Origin: the human T2T-CHM13v2.0 reference genome, Homo sapiens
DNA: 64,000 nucleotides
Direction: 5' to 3' (one strand)
NCBI RefSeq assembly: GCF_009914755.1
Contig: NC_060929.1
Shown here: one piece after another, positions 26,617-39,923 of the stretch
How positions within the stretch are numbered: position 1 is the stretch's first letter
Layout: the number at the start of each line of letters is the position of its first letter
The notes under the pieces: generated by a model
Database searches by the model: none
Seen by the model: only the letters and a program-made list of their open reading frames with translations
Told to the model about the DNA's origin: nothing
Translations under genes and position numbers: made by a program

Positions 26617-28772
26617 GAAAGTTTGTGCCAAGGAGTAGAGCATTGCTATAAAGATAACCTGAAAATGTGGAAGTAACTTTGGAACTAGGTAACAGGAAGA
26701 GGTTTGAAGAGTTTGGAGGGTTCAGAAGAAGATAGCAAGATGAGAAAGTTTGAAATTTCTTAGGGACTGGTTACATGGTTGTGGCCAAAATGCTCATAGT
26801 GATCGGAAGAGTGAAGTCCAGGCTGACTAGGTCTCAGGTGAAAATAAGAAACTTATTGGGAGCTAAAGCAAAGTAACCCTAGTTATGCCCTAGCAAAGAG
26901 CTTAGCTGCATTGTGTTTATATCCTAGAGCTCTGTAGAAGTTTAAATTTAAGAGTGACAACTTAGGGTATGTGGCAGAGAAAATTTCTAAGCATCAGTCT
27001 TCAAGATGTATTGTAGCTGCTTCTAACAGCTCATATTTGGATGTGGGAGCAAAGAAATGACCTAAAATTGGAACTTACATTTAAAAGGGAAGCAGAACCT
27101 AAAAGTTTGAAAAATGTGTAGCCTGACTATAACTGTGCAATGGGTTTTTCCTGCCCACTGCACAGACAAAATAAATCTACTGAGATCATGGCATAGCAGT
27201 AAAGAAAGAGTTTAATTGATTCAAGGTTGGACGTACTATATGAGAGATGGAGTTATTAGTCAAATCAAGCTTCCTGAAGGCTTGAAGGTTAGGGCATTTT
27301 CAAGGATAATTTGGTGAGCAGATGGCCAGGGAAAGGGGCATAACGATTGACTGGGGATGCAATCACAGGAGTGTGAAAAACAGTCCTTGTGTACTGAGTC
27401 CATTTCTGGGTGGGGGCCACCAGAGGAATTGCTGGTCTGGGTGGGGCCATTCAGTAGTGAGAAAGGTAAAAGCCTGAAAATACATCTCAAAAGGCCAATC
27501 TTAGGTTCTACAATAGTGATGTTATTTACAGGAGTAATTGGGGAAGTTGTAAATCTTGTGGCCTCCAGATTAGTGGCTGGTGATTATTTAACTATGCCTA
27601 CTTCTTAGTACAATTTAGGCCCCTTTCATCTTCCTAACTGGTGGCCTTTCATTAGTTTTACAAGGATAGTTTAGTTTTAGGATAGTTTAGTTTTTGGAAA
27701 GCACTACTATCATTTAAACTATAAACTAAATTTCTCCCAAAGTTAGCTTGGCCTGTGCCCAGGAATGAGGGAATAGTCAGTCTGTGATGCTAGAAGCAAT
27801 ATGGAGTCAGTCATGCCAGATTTCTCATACTGTCATAATTTTGCAAAGGCAGTTTCATGACAATGTGGCAGAGAAAGAAAAATTATTAACAGAAGAGGAA
27901 TCCAAGCAGGCTGAGCAACCACACGCTAGAGATAGTAGTACGAATAACATGGATCCAGGTGCTGAAGGTCAAGAAAAATGAGAAAAACACCTTGAAGGCA
28001 TTTCAGAGATGTCCAAGGCAGACCCTCTCATCACAAACCTAGAGGCCTAGGGGGAGAGAATAATTTAGTGGACTAGACCAAGGGCTGCATTACCCTGCAC
28101 AGCCTAAGGTCACTCTTCCCTATATCCCACTCCAGCTTTAGGCATGGCTCGAAGAGGCCCAGGTACAGCTTGGGCTGCCACTCCAGAAGGTGCGAGGCAT
28201 GGGTCCTGGCAGTTTCCACATGGTGTTAAGCCTGCAGGCACACAGAATGCAAGAGAGAAGGAGGCTTGGCAGCCTCCACCTAGATTTCGGAGGATGTGAG
28301 AAAGCCTGTATGCCCAGGCAGAAGCCTGTTACAGGAACAGAGAGCCCTCACAGAGAACCTCTAACAGGGCATATACCAAGGAAAATTTGGAGACCCCACA
28401 CAGAGGCCCCACTGAGACACTACCTAATGGAGCTGTGAGGGAAAGAGGGTTGTACCCTGCAAAGCCACAGGAGTGGAGCTGCCAAAGGCCTTGAGGGCTT
28501 ACTTCTTGAAGCTATGTGTCCCAGATATGGGACATGAAGTTGAAGATTATTTTGGAGCTTTAAGATTTAAGGACTGCCCTGCTATGTTTCAGATTTGTGT
28601 GGAGCCTGTACCCATTTCTTTTGGCCAATTTTTCCCTTTTAGAATAGGAATGTTTACCCAATACCTGTGCCCCCATTGTATCTTTGAAGTAAATAACGTG
28701 TTTTGATATTACAGGTTCATAGGTGGAAGGAACTCATTTCCAGATGAAACTTTGAACTTTTGACTTGGGACT
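26617..28772 (+). mobile_element. MST internal region, split by LTR8A; 3' LTR missing
   Basis: cattgctataaagataacctgaaaatgtggaag...; resumes at 27862 and ends gatgaaactttgaacttttgac at the Tigger1 junction. Confidence 0.85.
27128..27857 (-). mobile_element. LTR8A-like ERV1 solo LTR
   Basis: Ends ataattttgcaaaggcagtttca (reverse of the LTR8 start); 4-bp TSD tgac at 27124-27127 and 27858-27861. Confidence 0.85.
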
Positions 28773-29046
28773 GTTATGTTATGGATATGGCTTCGCTTCT
28801 TACACCTTATGAGCCAACCTCTGCTAGCTTTAAACTTTTTACCTCTGGATTCCTCACCTCTCTCTGCCTTTACAGAATTAAAGAGAGTTTTGATCTTACT
28901 TTTTATTAGGCTTTGGTTTAGAGAACGTTGTAGCTTATTTGATCTTCTATTTAGATCACAGGAACTTTCTTTATACCCATCAATAAAGCTGTTTTGCTTT
29001 CTTATCATTTGAGTGTTCACTGGATTAGCATGTTAATTTCTTTATA

Positions 29047-29077
<31 letters not shown>

Positions 29078-30127
29078 GGCATTTACAAGCTGGCTAACTG
29101 TTGGCACAAGAGGCTAGCTTTCCATCTATCTGAGCTTTCAATATGTCTTTTCTCACTAAACATAATTATTTTCAGCTTTTAAAGTAAGACACAGGTAACT
29201 CTTCCTTTCAACTTAACACTTAGAGTTCAAGTAATAGGGAGGCCTGGAGAGAGGGAGCAAGATTAAGGAGTGGTCAACTGCTGGAGTAGTCAGAACACAA
29301 GTAACATTTATCAATTAAGTTTGCTGTCTTCTATGGGGATGGTCCATTGCACCCCTAAATGAATACAATAGTTATATCAAAGATCACTAATCCCAGATCA
29401 TCATAACAGATATAATAATGACGAAAAAGTTTGAAATGAGAGAATTGCCAAATATGACACAGTGGCACAAAGTGAGCATATGCTGTTAGAAAAATGGTGC
29501 TGACAGACTTGCTTACGGCATGGTTGCCATAAACCTTCAATTTATAAAAAACACAATATCTATGAAGTGAATAAAGTGAAGTATGTTGTATTAAAATTAT
29601 TTGATGAGGACTTTAATCATCATAATATGCTGTAACAAACAATTACAAGAACATCTGAAACAAATGGTAAGATAAAAAGTCTGAGCAAAGAGAAGAATTA
29701 AATGGAAATTATAGAACTGAAAAATGCAATAACTAATGGAGAGGATAGAGGAAAGAATCAGTAAAACTGAAGATAGAAGAATAGAGATAATTAAATTTAA
29801 AAAATTAATTAAAAAAAACTGTGGGACCTGTGTTACTAAAATAACTGGCATTTACGGTGTCAGAGTTCTGAAAGGAGAAAAGAAAGGTGAGAATGAAAAG
29901 CTACTTGAAAAAATAATGCTTAAATATTCTTTAATTGGGCAAAAGACACAAAGCTACAGATAAAGAAACAAAGTGAACCCCAAGCAGGATAAATTTATTT
30001 ATTTATTTTTTTAATTTGGTGCCCTTCTAAAGTCCTAACCCACGGAAACTCTGAATGGCTGTTTTATGCCACTAAGTTCTGGAATAGTTTGTTATGACAT
30101 GATAAGAGTCAAAACAACATTGTAAGT

Positions 30128-30663
30128 TCTTCAACCTTTAAGTTCAGGCGTACATTTGCAGGACATGCAGGTTTGTTACATAGGTAAACATGTGTCATGG
30201 TGATTTACTGCACAGGTCATCCCCTTACCTGGGTATTAAGCCCAGCATCCATTAGCTATTCTTCCTGATGCTCTCCCTACCACCACTCCCCTCAACAAGT
30301 GCTCAGTGAATGCTGTTGCCCATGTGCTCTCATCAATCAGCTCCCACTTAATGAGAACATGCGATGTTTGGTTTTCTATGCCAGTGTTAGTTTGCTGAGG
30401 ATAATGGCTTCCAGTTCTATTCATGTCCCCGAAAAGGACATGATCTCATTCTTTTTATGGCCTCATAGTATTCCATGGTGTATATGTATCATATTTTCTT
30501 TATCCAGTCTATCATTGATGGGCATTTGAGTTGATTCCATGTCTTCAATATTGTGAATAGTTTTGCAATGAACATACACGTGCATTTATCTTTATGCTAG
30601 AGTGATTTATATTCCTTTGGGTATATATCTAGTAATGGAATTGCTGGGTCAAATGGTATTTCT
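30128..30663 (-). mobile_element. 5'-truncated L1PA (PA8-PA10-like)
   Basis: caggtttgttacataggtaaac...cccagcatccattagctattcttcctgatgctc...attgctgggtcaaatggtatttct; see the transduction finding. Confidence 0.9.
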
Positions 30664-30705
30664 CAAGCACGATAAATTTAAATAAACCTACACTAAGTCA
30701 CATCA

Positions 30706-31145
<440 letters not shown>

Positions 31146-32016
31146 AATAAAGTATAGAGGCAAGACAAAAGTTCAATTTCTGAAATAAAAGAACTGTCAA
31201 CCCAGAATTCTATATTCAGAGAAAACATTCTTTATTTTCTCTGGAAAAGCAAAATGTTTTCCCCAGAGAATGGGGAAATAAAAACGTTCTCAGATAAAGA
31301 AAAACTGAATTTGTCACCGGGGAACTTATTCTAAAAAAAATGAATAGAGGAAGTTCCCTAACATAAATAAAATGATAAAATAAGTAATCCTAGAAAAACA
31401 AGAAGGAAAAAGAACAGAAAAATGTTTATATAGATAAATATAACAGAATTATTTGTATTTTTGAGTTTCTAAATTATGTTAGAAAATTGAAGCACTAATT
31501 ATAGGAACTGCTGCTGTAGTTCTCAATATATGTAGAGAAAATATTTAAGATACTTAGATCATAAATAGTGAGGGGTAAAAGCATGTTTTCTGTAAAATGC
31601 TAACACCTGTAAACCATAATTTTATACATATATAATATTTACTATATATGTTATGTATATAATAGATTATTATATATTACCTTAAATATACATGTAAAGT
31701 TCCAAAATATATATCCTAAAATAGCTATACATGGAGACACTCAGAAATACTACAGATAAGTAAAAATTAAATATCAAAATGTTCCAGTAGCACACACAAA
31801 AGAAAGAAAGAAGAAACAGAGAAACAGGAGAAAGAAAAATAGAAAACAACCAAAAATGAATGCAGACTTCAGTAGGAACACATTAAAAATCCTAATAAAT
31901 GTAAATTTTTTGAAGGTACCAATTCAAGGATATAAATTTTTAAAGTGGATAAAATGCTTCAATAATTTCCCACTAGGTACAAGGTAATGATTCAACATCA
32001 TTATATTAGGACTATA

Positions 32017-32675
32017 TTAGGGATAGGCAAATCATAACTCAGAAGAAATCCATTTCAATGTCTGTATTTATATCTCTAGCTGTCTAAGAATGTCTTTCAT
32101 ATTTTTGAATGGTTAAAATGCATCAAAACAAGAAAAATTCATAACACAGAAAATTTAAATGAAATTTAAAATTAAAGGCCGGGTGCGGTGGCTCACGCCT
32201 GTAATCCCAGCACTTTGGGAGGCCGAGGCGGGCGGATCACGAGGTCAGGAGATCGAGACCACCCTGGCTAACACGGTACCCCGTCTCTACTGAAAATACA
32301 AAAAAAATTAGCTGGATGTGGTGGCGGGTGACTGTAGTCCCAGCTACTCAGGAGGCTGAGGCAGGAGAGTGGCAGTGAACCTGGTGGGTGGAGCTTGCAG
32401 TGAGCCGAGATCGCGCCACTGCACTCCAGCCTGGGTGACAGAGCGAGACTCTGTCTCAAAAAGAAAAAAAAAAATTTAAAATTGAAATGTTAATAACATT
32501 TAAATTTTAGTATTTTATAAATAAAGTTTTACTAAAAGTAAAACATATTCATTCATTTACATATTGTCTATGGCTGCACTACAATTACAGAACTATTTGT
32601 GATGAAGACCCATGAGCTACAAAATGTAAGATATTTGCTATCTGTGCCTTTATAGAAAAAGTTTGTTGATCACAG
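32017..32675 (+). mobile_element. MER58B (hAT-Charlie), split by AluY
   Basis: ctaagaatgtctttcatatttttgaatggtt...cattcatttacatattgtctatggctgc...tttatagaaaaagtttgttgatc. Confidence 0.8.
32177..32474 (+). mobile_element. AluY
   Basis: gatcacgaggtcaggagatcgagacc, ggctaacacgg, gagcttgcag; TSD aaatttaaaatt. Confidence 0.95.
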
Positions 32676-33005
32676 TTGTAGATGTTTTCAGGCTCATGTC
32701 TACCTATGTTTGCTTCCCAACTCCCTACCTTCCAACTACCCTGCAAACTGTGTTCCTGTGTTTTATACTGCAGTCATATTTAATAAATGAATGTTACATT
32801 AAATGATTTTAATTTTATATTGAGAATAGATTAATGGGATTTATAATATAAGAATTGGACTATCACTTCAATTGGCTGAATTCACATAAAATGTCTGAGA
32901 TTTGGCAATATTTGAGGAGTCTGTTCAAACTTAAAGAATAAAAATATATATACCTATTTAGTTAAGTATGAGGAAATCAGTAGATTATCTGCATAAGTAA
33001 CTTAT

Positions 33006-34438
33006 TGAGAGGTGACAGCATGCTGGCAGCCCTCACAGCCCTCGCTCGCTCTGGGCGCCTCCTCTGCCTCCGCTCCCACTTTGGCGGCACTTGAGGAGCC
33101 CTTCAGCCCGCTGCTGCACTGTGGGAGCCTCTTCCTGGGCTGGCCCAGGCCAGAGCCGGCTCCCTCAGCTTGCGGGGAGGTGTGGAGGGAGAGGCCTGGG
33201 CGGGAACCGAGGCTGCGCGGGTGGGAACACGCGCTGCTTGCTGGGCAGCACGAGTTCCGGGTGGGTATGGGCTTGGCGGGCCCCGCACTCGGAGCACCTG
33301 GCCGGCCTTGCCGGCCCTGGGCAATGAGGGCCTTAGCACCCGGACCAGCGGCTGTGGAGGGTGTGCTGGGTTCCCCAGCAGTGCCGGCCCACGGGTGCTG
33401 TGCTCGATTTCTCGCCGGGCCTTAGCTGCCTCCCCGCAGGGCAGGGCTCTGGACCTGCAGCCCACCATGCCTGAGCCTCCCCACCCCCGTGGGCTCCTGT
33501 GCCGCCCGAGCCTCTCTGACAAGCGTGGCCCCCTGCTCTACAACGCCCAGTCCCATGGACCGCCCAACAGCTGAGGAGTGCGGGCGCACGGCGTGGGACT
33601 GGCAGGCAGCTCTACCTGTGGCCCCGGTGCGGGATCCACTGGGTGAAGCCAGCTGGGCTCCTGAGTCTGGTGGGGAGGTGGAGAACCTTTATGTCTAGCT
33701 CAGGGATTGTAAATACACCAATTGGCACTCTGTATCTAGCCCAAGGTTTGTAAACACACCAATCAGCACCCTGTGTCTAGATCAAGGTTTGTGAATGCAC
33801 CAATCGACACTCTATATCTAGCTACTCTGGTGGGGACTTGGAGAACCTTTATGTCTAGCTAAGGGATTGTAAATACACCAATGGGCACTCAGTATCCAGC
33901 TCAAGGTTTATAAACACACCAATCAGTGCCCTGTCAAAACAGACCACTCGGCTCTACCAGTCAGCAGGATGTGGGTGGGGCCAGATAAGAGAATAAAAGC
34001 AGGCTGCCCAAGCCAGCAGTGGCAACTCGCTCTGGTCCCCTTCCACAGTGTGGAAGCTTTGTTCTTTCGCTCTTTGCAATAAATCTTGCTGCTGCTCACT
34101 CTTTGGGTCCGCACTGCCTTTATGAGCTGTAACACTCACCGCGAAGGTCTGCAGCTTCACTCCTGAAGCCAGCGAGACCACCAACCCACCAGGTGGAATG
34201 ACCAACTCCAGACACGCTGCCTTAAGAGCTGTAACACTAACCGCGAAGGTCTGCAGCTTCACTCCCGAGCCAGCGAGACCACGAACCCCACCAGAAGGAA
34301 GAAACTCCGAACACATCCGAACATCAGAAGGAACAAACTCTGGACATGCGGCCTTTAAGAACTGCAATACTCACCGCGAGGGTCCGCGGCTTCATTCTTG
34401 AAGTCAGTGAGACCAAGAACCCACCAATTCCGGACACA
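33006..34438 (+). mobile_element. LTR12C (ERV9) solo LTR
   Basis: tgagaggtgacagc start and ccaccaattccggacaca end; CpG-rich U3, CCAAT repeats, U5 repeats (gaaggtctgcagcttcactcc); TSD ttat/ttgt. Confidence 0.95.
33700..34030 (+). promoter_or_regulatory. LTR12C enhancer/promoter (NF-Y, GATA, AATAAA TATA-like box)
   Basis: CCAAT at 33718, 33759, 33800, 33878, 33919; AGATAA at 33983; AATAAAA at 33992. This is the known ERV9 LTR layout; activity of this copy is not shown. Confidence 0.6.
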
Positions 34439-36372
34439 TTGTCAGTCAGCATTTAGATATAGGAAAAGCTAAGTCTGCCTACAAGTTCCCTAATCCAGAT
34501 GGACAACAACAACAGCAACTTGAACAAGTGGTAGAAAAATCTGACCTTTTAATATGCTGGGGCAGCCTTTGGGTTACTGAATTTAGACCTGCATTTCTCC
34601 CTTTCTTAATCATCTATTATTTAAATAGGCCATTTTATAGATAATATAACAGAGACTCACATTTATTTTCTTAATTCAAATACTTGAGAGCAGAGATATA
34701 CCTTATCTGTAACAACTTTTATAATTACCACAGATGGAACCGTAATACTCAGTGAAGTCTTGCAACCTTTACATATAGTGTGCTGCATTAACATCTGTTT
34801 CTAGCTCTCTTGGCATACGTGACATCCTTGGATGGCTAGAAGCATATCCTTACTCATTTTTGTGTTTATAGAACGGCATAGTGGCAAGTATGGGCACTGA
34901 AAATATAACTTGCTTCACAAAGGAGAGGCAATATAAAAATGGACAAATGCACCTCTTTGGTAAATTGTCAATATTAAACATTTCACTTAAAATATTTTTT
35001 TCTGTGGGTGACACGATACCATCAACTGATCACAGGCTGAAAAACAGGATCCTATAGCTTTTCTTATTAGCTCAGAGTTGAGATAATTGGAATAGTTGCT
35101 GAGATTTGTTAAAAATTCAATCTCAGAATGTTTTGAGTTATGTGGAGTGAATTTCCTAGAAATATTTTGTCTTATCCTCTTCATAATACCAAGTTGTCCA
35201 TCTAACACCCCAGAAAACAGCTGCTTACAAACAGAAAAGAGGCTCATAAAAGCAGAGATGTTACAAAATAAGACTGTTTTTGTCATTAAAGACTGACAAC
35301 ACAGAGGAGACAAAAACACAGAAAACAGTTTAATTTTTAAAATTCATAGAAATAACCTTATTTTTAAATTGCAAGAATTGATTTCTTTTAGAGTATAATG
35401 TTAAAAAAATTATGTTGCCAACATTTACTGGTCAAAGAAAATTTGTATATTTAGAGCAATCATACTTGAATTGCATTTTTTCCCCAGTAAATCTTTCCTT
35501 TTCTACTTTTTTATTTCTATTTTATAATTCATGTAGGAAAAGAAAACTAAGAAGATGAAATTATTTTAAACTTCATAAAAATATACCACAGCTTATGCCA
35601 GCATAAATACAGCACATAAGGACAAATTTCACTGGATATAACTCATAAGGGGTATTTTTAACAAATAAGATTTAAATCACATAGCTATCAGAAATCTATC
35701 TCTGCCTTAGCATAAGTGAATGGGTGTAATTTTACAATAGTAAAATTTAAAAAAAAGACATTTATTCTAATACTTGTAAGTAGGCTATATAAAATAAATG
35801 ATAAAGACCATAATCTTATTTCATTTCTTAGCACAGTAAAAGATCAATATTTAAAATTTCTTTGACTTTAACCCTAATTTGAATATAGACACAATTTTTT
35901 ATAATACATAAGGATTTATTTCCAAATTAATAGTTATTTTGGAAAAAGCTGTACTTAAATGATTAAAAATGTCATGCCACTAAAGACACACTATCTAATC
36001 CTAGTTAACATCAACCAGATGTCCTGGTTAGTGTAGTAAAACAAGGAAAAAATAGATAAAATCTACACAGATTGGATAGGTGAAATAAAGCTATCTTTTT
36101 TCACAGGTTCTGTGAGTGTTTGTGTAGAAAAGAATCTACAGAAAGAAAATCTAGAATTGATAAGACAGTATAGCATGTTTGGGGATACAGGTCAATATAA
36201 AAAGTCCACTGTTTTACTATAAACCAGCAATGAATAATTGGAATGAAAAATTAAAAAATATATATAATTTTTAATAGCATCAAAGATGAAGAAATACTTA
36301 GCTATAAATATAAGGAAAACGAAGTACAAGATCTCTATGTAGAAAACTTTAAAAACACTTATGACAAAATTA

Positions 36373-36576
<204 letters not shown>

Positions 36577-36636
36577 CTAAGAGATCATCCTTGTTCATAG
36601 AGTGGAAGGCAATCTTGTTAATTCTTTTCTTTAGCT

Positions 36637-36906
36637 CAGGGGATGGGGGATGCTTTCAATGAAACTGTTCCACCTTAGATCATCAGGCATTAGTTCGATT
36701 CTCATGAGGAGCAGGCAACCTAGATCCCTAGCATGCACAGTTCACAACAGGGTTCCTGCTCCTTTGGGAATCTAATGCAGCAGCTGATCTGACAGGAGGT
36801 GGAGCTCAGGCCTTAGTGCTTGCTGTTCCCACCTCCTGCTGTGCGGCCTGGTTCCTGACAAGCCACAGACTGGTACCCATCCTGGCCCTGGGGTTGGAGA
36901 TCCCTG
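36637..36906 (-). mobile_element. MER1B-like hAT-Charlie element
   Basis: gatctgacaggaggtggagctcagg...cctggggttggagatccctg terminus; 8-bp flanks ctttagct / ctttagtt. Confidence 0.85.
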
Positions 36907-37145
36907 CTTTAGTTCACTGCAGTCTTGCACTCCTGGGGTCAAGCAATCTTCCCACCTCAGCCTCCTGAGTAGATAGAACTATAGGCATGCACCTCCACCT
37001 CTGAAACTAGTATTTTTATTTTTTATTTTTATTTTTTTTATAGGGATGAAGTCTCATGTTGCCCAAGCTGGTCTCAAACTCCTGGGCTCACGTGATCTTC
37101 CTACCTCAGCCTCCCAAAGTGCTGGGATTACAGGCATGAGCCCAG
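36907..37145 (-). mobile_element. AluJ, 3' end missing
   Basis: cactgcagtcttgcactcctggggtcaagcaatc and ctcctgggctcacgtgatc are J-type. Confidence 0.85.
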
Positions 37146-39616
37146 TCTTCTTTTCATCTTTATCTATACATTTAACATAATCCAAGTAAAAATCCCAGAC
37201 AACGATTTTATAGATATTGACAAATTCTAAAATTTATAAGAAAAGGCAAAATCATTGAATAGTCAACGTAATACTAAAGAAGAATAAATTTGGAGGACTA
37301 ACACTAATCTTGGTCAAGAATTCTTCTAAAGCTAAAGTAATCAAGTCAGCATGGTATTGGCAATTGAATAGAACAGATAGTCCAAAAATAGACCTGCACA
37401 GATATCGTCAACTGATTTTTGCAAAGGCACAAAAGCAATTCAATAGAGAAAAAATAGTCTTTAAACAAATGATGTTGAAACAGTGAGATTTCCATATGCA
37501 AAAAATGAGCCTAGACACATACCTTAAATATTTGCACTAAAATGAACTAAAAGTAAACCCATATATGAAATGCAAAACTGTATAGCTTTTAGGAAAGAAG
37601 AAGGAGAAAATTTAGGTGATCTCACATTTGGCAATGACATTTTACATACAATACCACAAAAAAACTTAGCTGGAATTTATTAAAATTGAAAACTTCTCTT
37701 CTGCCAAAGACACTGTTAAGAGAATCAATAGGCAAGCCAAAGACCAGGAGAAATCATTTCCAAACACACATCTGATAAAGGACTTGTATTGAAAATGTAA
37801 AAACAACGCTTAAACATCAACAAAAGGAAAATGAACAACCCAATTAAAAGAAGGAGTAAAAGTTCTGAACAGACACCTCACCACAACAGATAGACAGATG
37901 GCAAATAAGCATATGAAAAGATGCTAATATGAAAATGCAAATTAAAATAATAAGATACTACCGCAAGCTTATTAGAATGACGATAAAACCAAAACAAAAC
38001 AGAAACAAAAATAAAAACAAACTCCTGACAATATCAATTGCCGGTAAGGCTGTAGAGTAACAGGGACCCTAATTCATTGCTTGTGGGAAGGCAAAATTGT
38101 ACAGGCACTTTGGAAGATATTTTGGCAGTTTCTCAACAAAGCTAAACATAGCCTTCCCATATAACCCAACAATTGCATTCCTAGATATTTACCCAACTGA
38201 TTAAAAAGTTATGTTCCCACAAACATTGGAAGCTGAATGTTTATAACAACGTATTTATATTTGCCCCATACCGGAGGCAACTAAGATGACTCCCATAGGT
38301 GGATCTATAACTAAACTGTGGTGCATTCCTGTAATGAAAAAATATTCATTTGCAAAAAGTATGAGCTATTAAGCCACACAATGACATGAATGAATCTTAA
38401 ATTCATAGTGCTAAGTGAAAGAAAAGTCTCAAAAGGCTATGTAGTGCATTATTCCACTTACATGACATTCCGTAGAAAGCAAAACTATAGAGCCATTAAA
38501 CAGAATGGTGGTTGCCAAAGATACGACAGAGGGGAAGGAGAGTTAAATAGGTAAAAGGGAACATTTTTAGAGTAGAGAAACTATTCTATATATTACTGTA
38601 ATGGTAGATATACATCATTCAATTGTTAAAACCCATAGAACTTTACAACACTAACAGTGAAACTTAATAGAGGCAACTTAGAAAAAATAATTTTGGAGGT
38701 CAGATGTGAGGATATAATGCAAAATGTGAAAAAGGAATATAATTGTATTACATATGTATGAAACAACCTCACAAAAGGGGGTGGGATAAAAGGTGATGAC
38801 TTGGTAACTTTGGAAATGAGTGAAATCTTTAATCCTAAAAGCAAATAAATTTTACATAAGCACTGTACTATAGTTTATGAAGTTCCTCCACAACAGAGTA
38901 TGGGTTACAATTTATGAAACCATTGTATTTATAGACAGAAAATAAACAAGTAAAGGAGTGGTAGATATTGGCAGTTAGGTTTCTCACAGTTGAAGTGAGA
39001 GGCTATAGATAAGAAAGAGAAGGAAGTTAAAATAATCCATGTGGTAATGAATTAGAGTTCTTTCAAGATAGACATAGTTACATAGAATGTTTATAGATGT
39101 TTAGCTTAATACAGATATAGATGGCTACATAGAAATATTTACAGACACGTGTATATACACGGATTTAGGATGTACACATATATTTTCTTCCTTTTCATCT
39201 GAGAGAGCCTAGAATCAATAACGCCCAGTATAAATGAGCACATTCAGATCTTTGTTTCTCCTAAAAAGCCGCTAGGGATTGCTAGAGAAATAGCTGATTT
39301 GGGAACCGGGGCAGGAAATATTCTAGATCGGCCTAGAATTAAGTGTTATAATGCCAGAAACTGTATTCAAACAAATAAACAAAAACGCCGCAATGTTGAG
39401 GATGTGTCAAATAACGAAGAAGGCAATTGAAAGTGCTCTCAAATGCCCATACTGGAACAATTTGAACAAAAATAAATAAATAAATAAATAAAATTAATAT
39501 AGGACTGTAACCCAAATATTAAAATAAATGAGTTTAATTGTAATAAAAATGAGTGAATGATTGAATAAATATATAAATGGAGGTGAAGAGACAAATCCCT
39601 CATGTAGAAGAATCCT

Positions 39617-39923
39617 GGCCAGGCAAGGTGGCTCATGCCTATAATCTCAGCACTTTGAGAGGCCAAGGCGAGCAGATTGCTTGAGTTCAGGAGTTTGAGA
39701 TCAGGCTGGGAAACATAGCAAAACCCTATCTCTACTATGAATAAAAAATACAAAAACTAGCTGGGCATGGTGGTTCATGCTTGTAGTCCCAGCTATTCAG
39801 GAGGCTGAAGTGGGAGGATCACCTGAGCTCAGGGAGGTCAAGGCTGGAGTGAGCAGTGATTGCAAAAACAGCACTCCAGGCTAGGCAACAGAGTGAGACC
39901 CCGTCTCAAAAAGAAAAAAAAAA
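39617..39923 (+). mobile_element. AluJ
   Basis: gggaggatcacctgagctcagggaggtcaaggctg, a J diagnostic. Confidence 0.9.

Larger units (their letters stand above)
25109..29588 (-). mobile_element. Tigger1 (TcMar-Tigger) DNA transposon, interrupted and decayed
   Basis: TA on both sides (25107-8, 29589-90). ORFs 25613-25795 (ISTLTGVWNKLIPILMDDFEGFKT) and 28709-29020 (NTQMIRKQNS...TLFNSVKAERGEE...ASRGW) match the Tigger1/TIGD1-type transposase. Confidence 0.92.

Noticed and set aside
25613-29020. TIGD1-like domesticated transposase gene
   Set aside because: Fragmented, frameshifted and split by MSTA and LTR8A; a dead Tigger1 copy.
33679-34300. Spaced direct repeats resembling a CRISPR array
   Set aside because: These are the U3 and U5 repeats of LTR12C; no unique spacers, no cas genes, eukaryotic context.
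33012-34401. Several overlapping 67-139 aa ORFs
   Set aside because: All lie in the GC-rich LTR12C, where stops are rare; no protein family.
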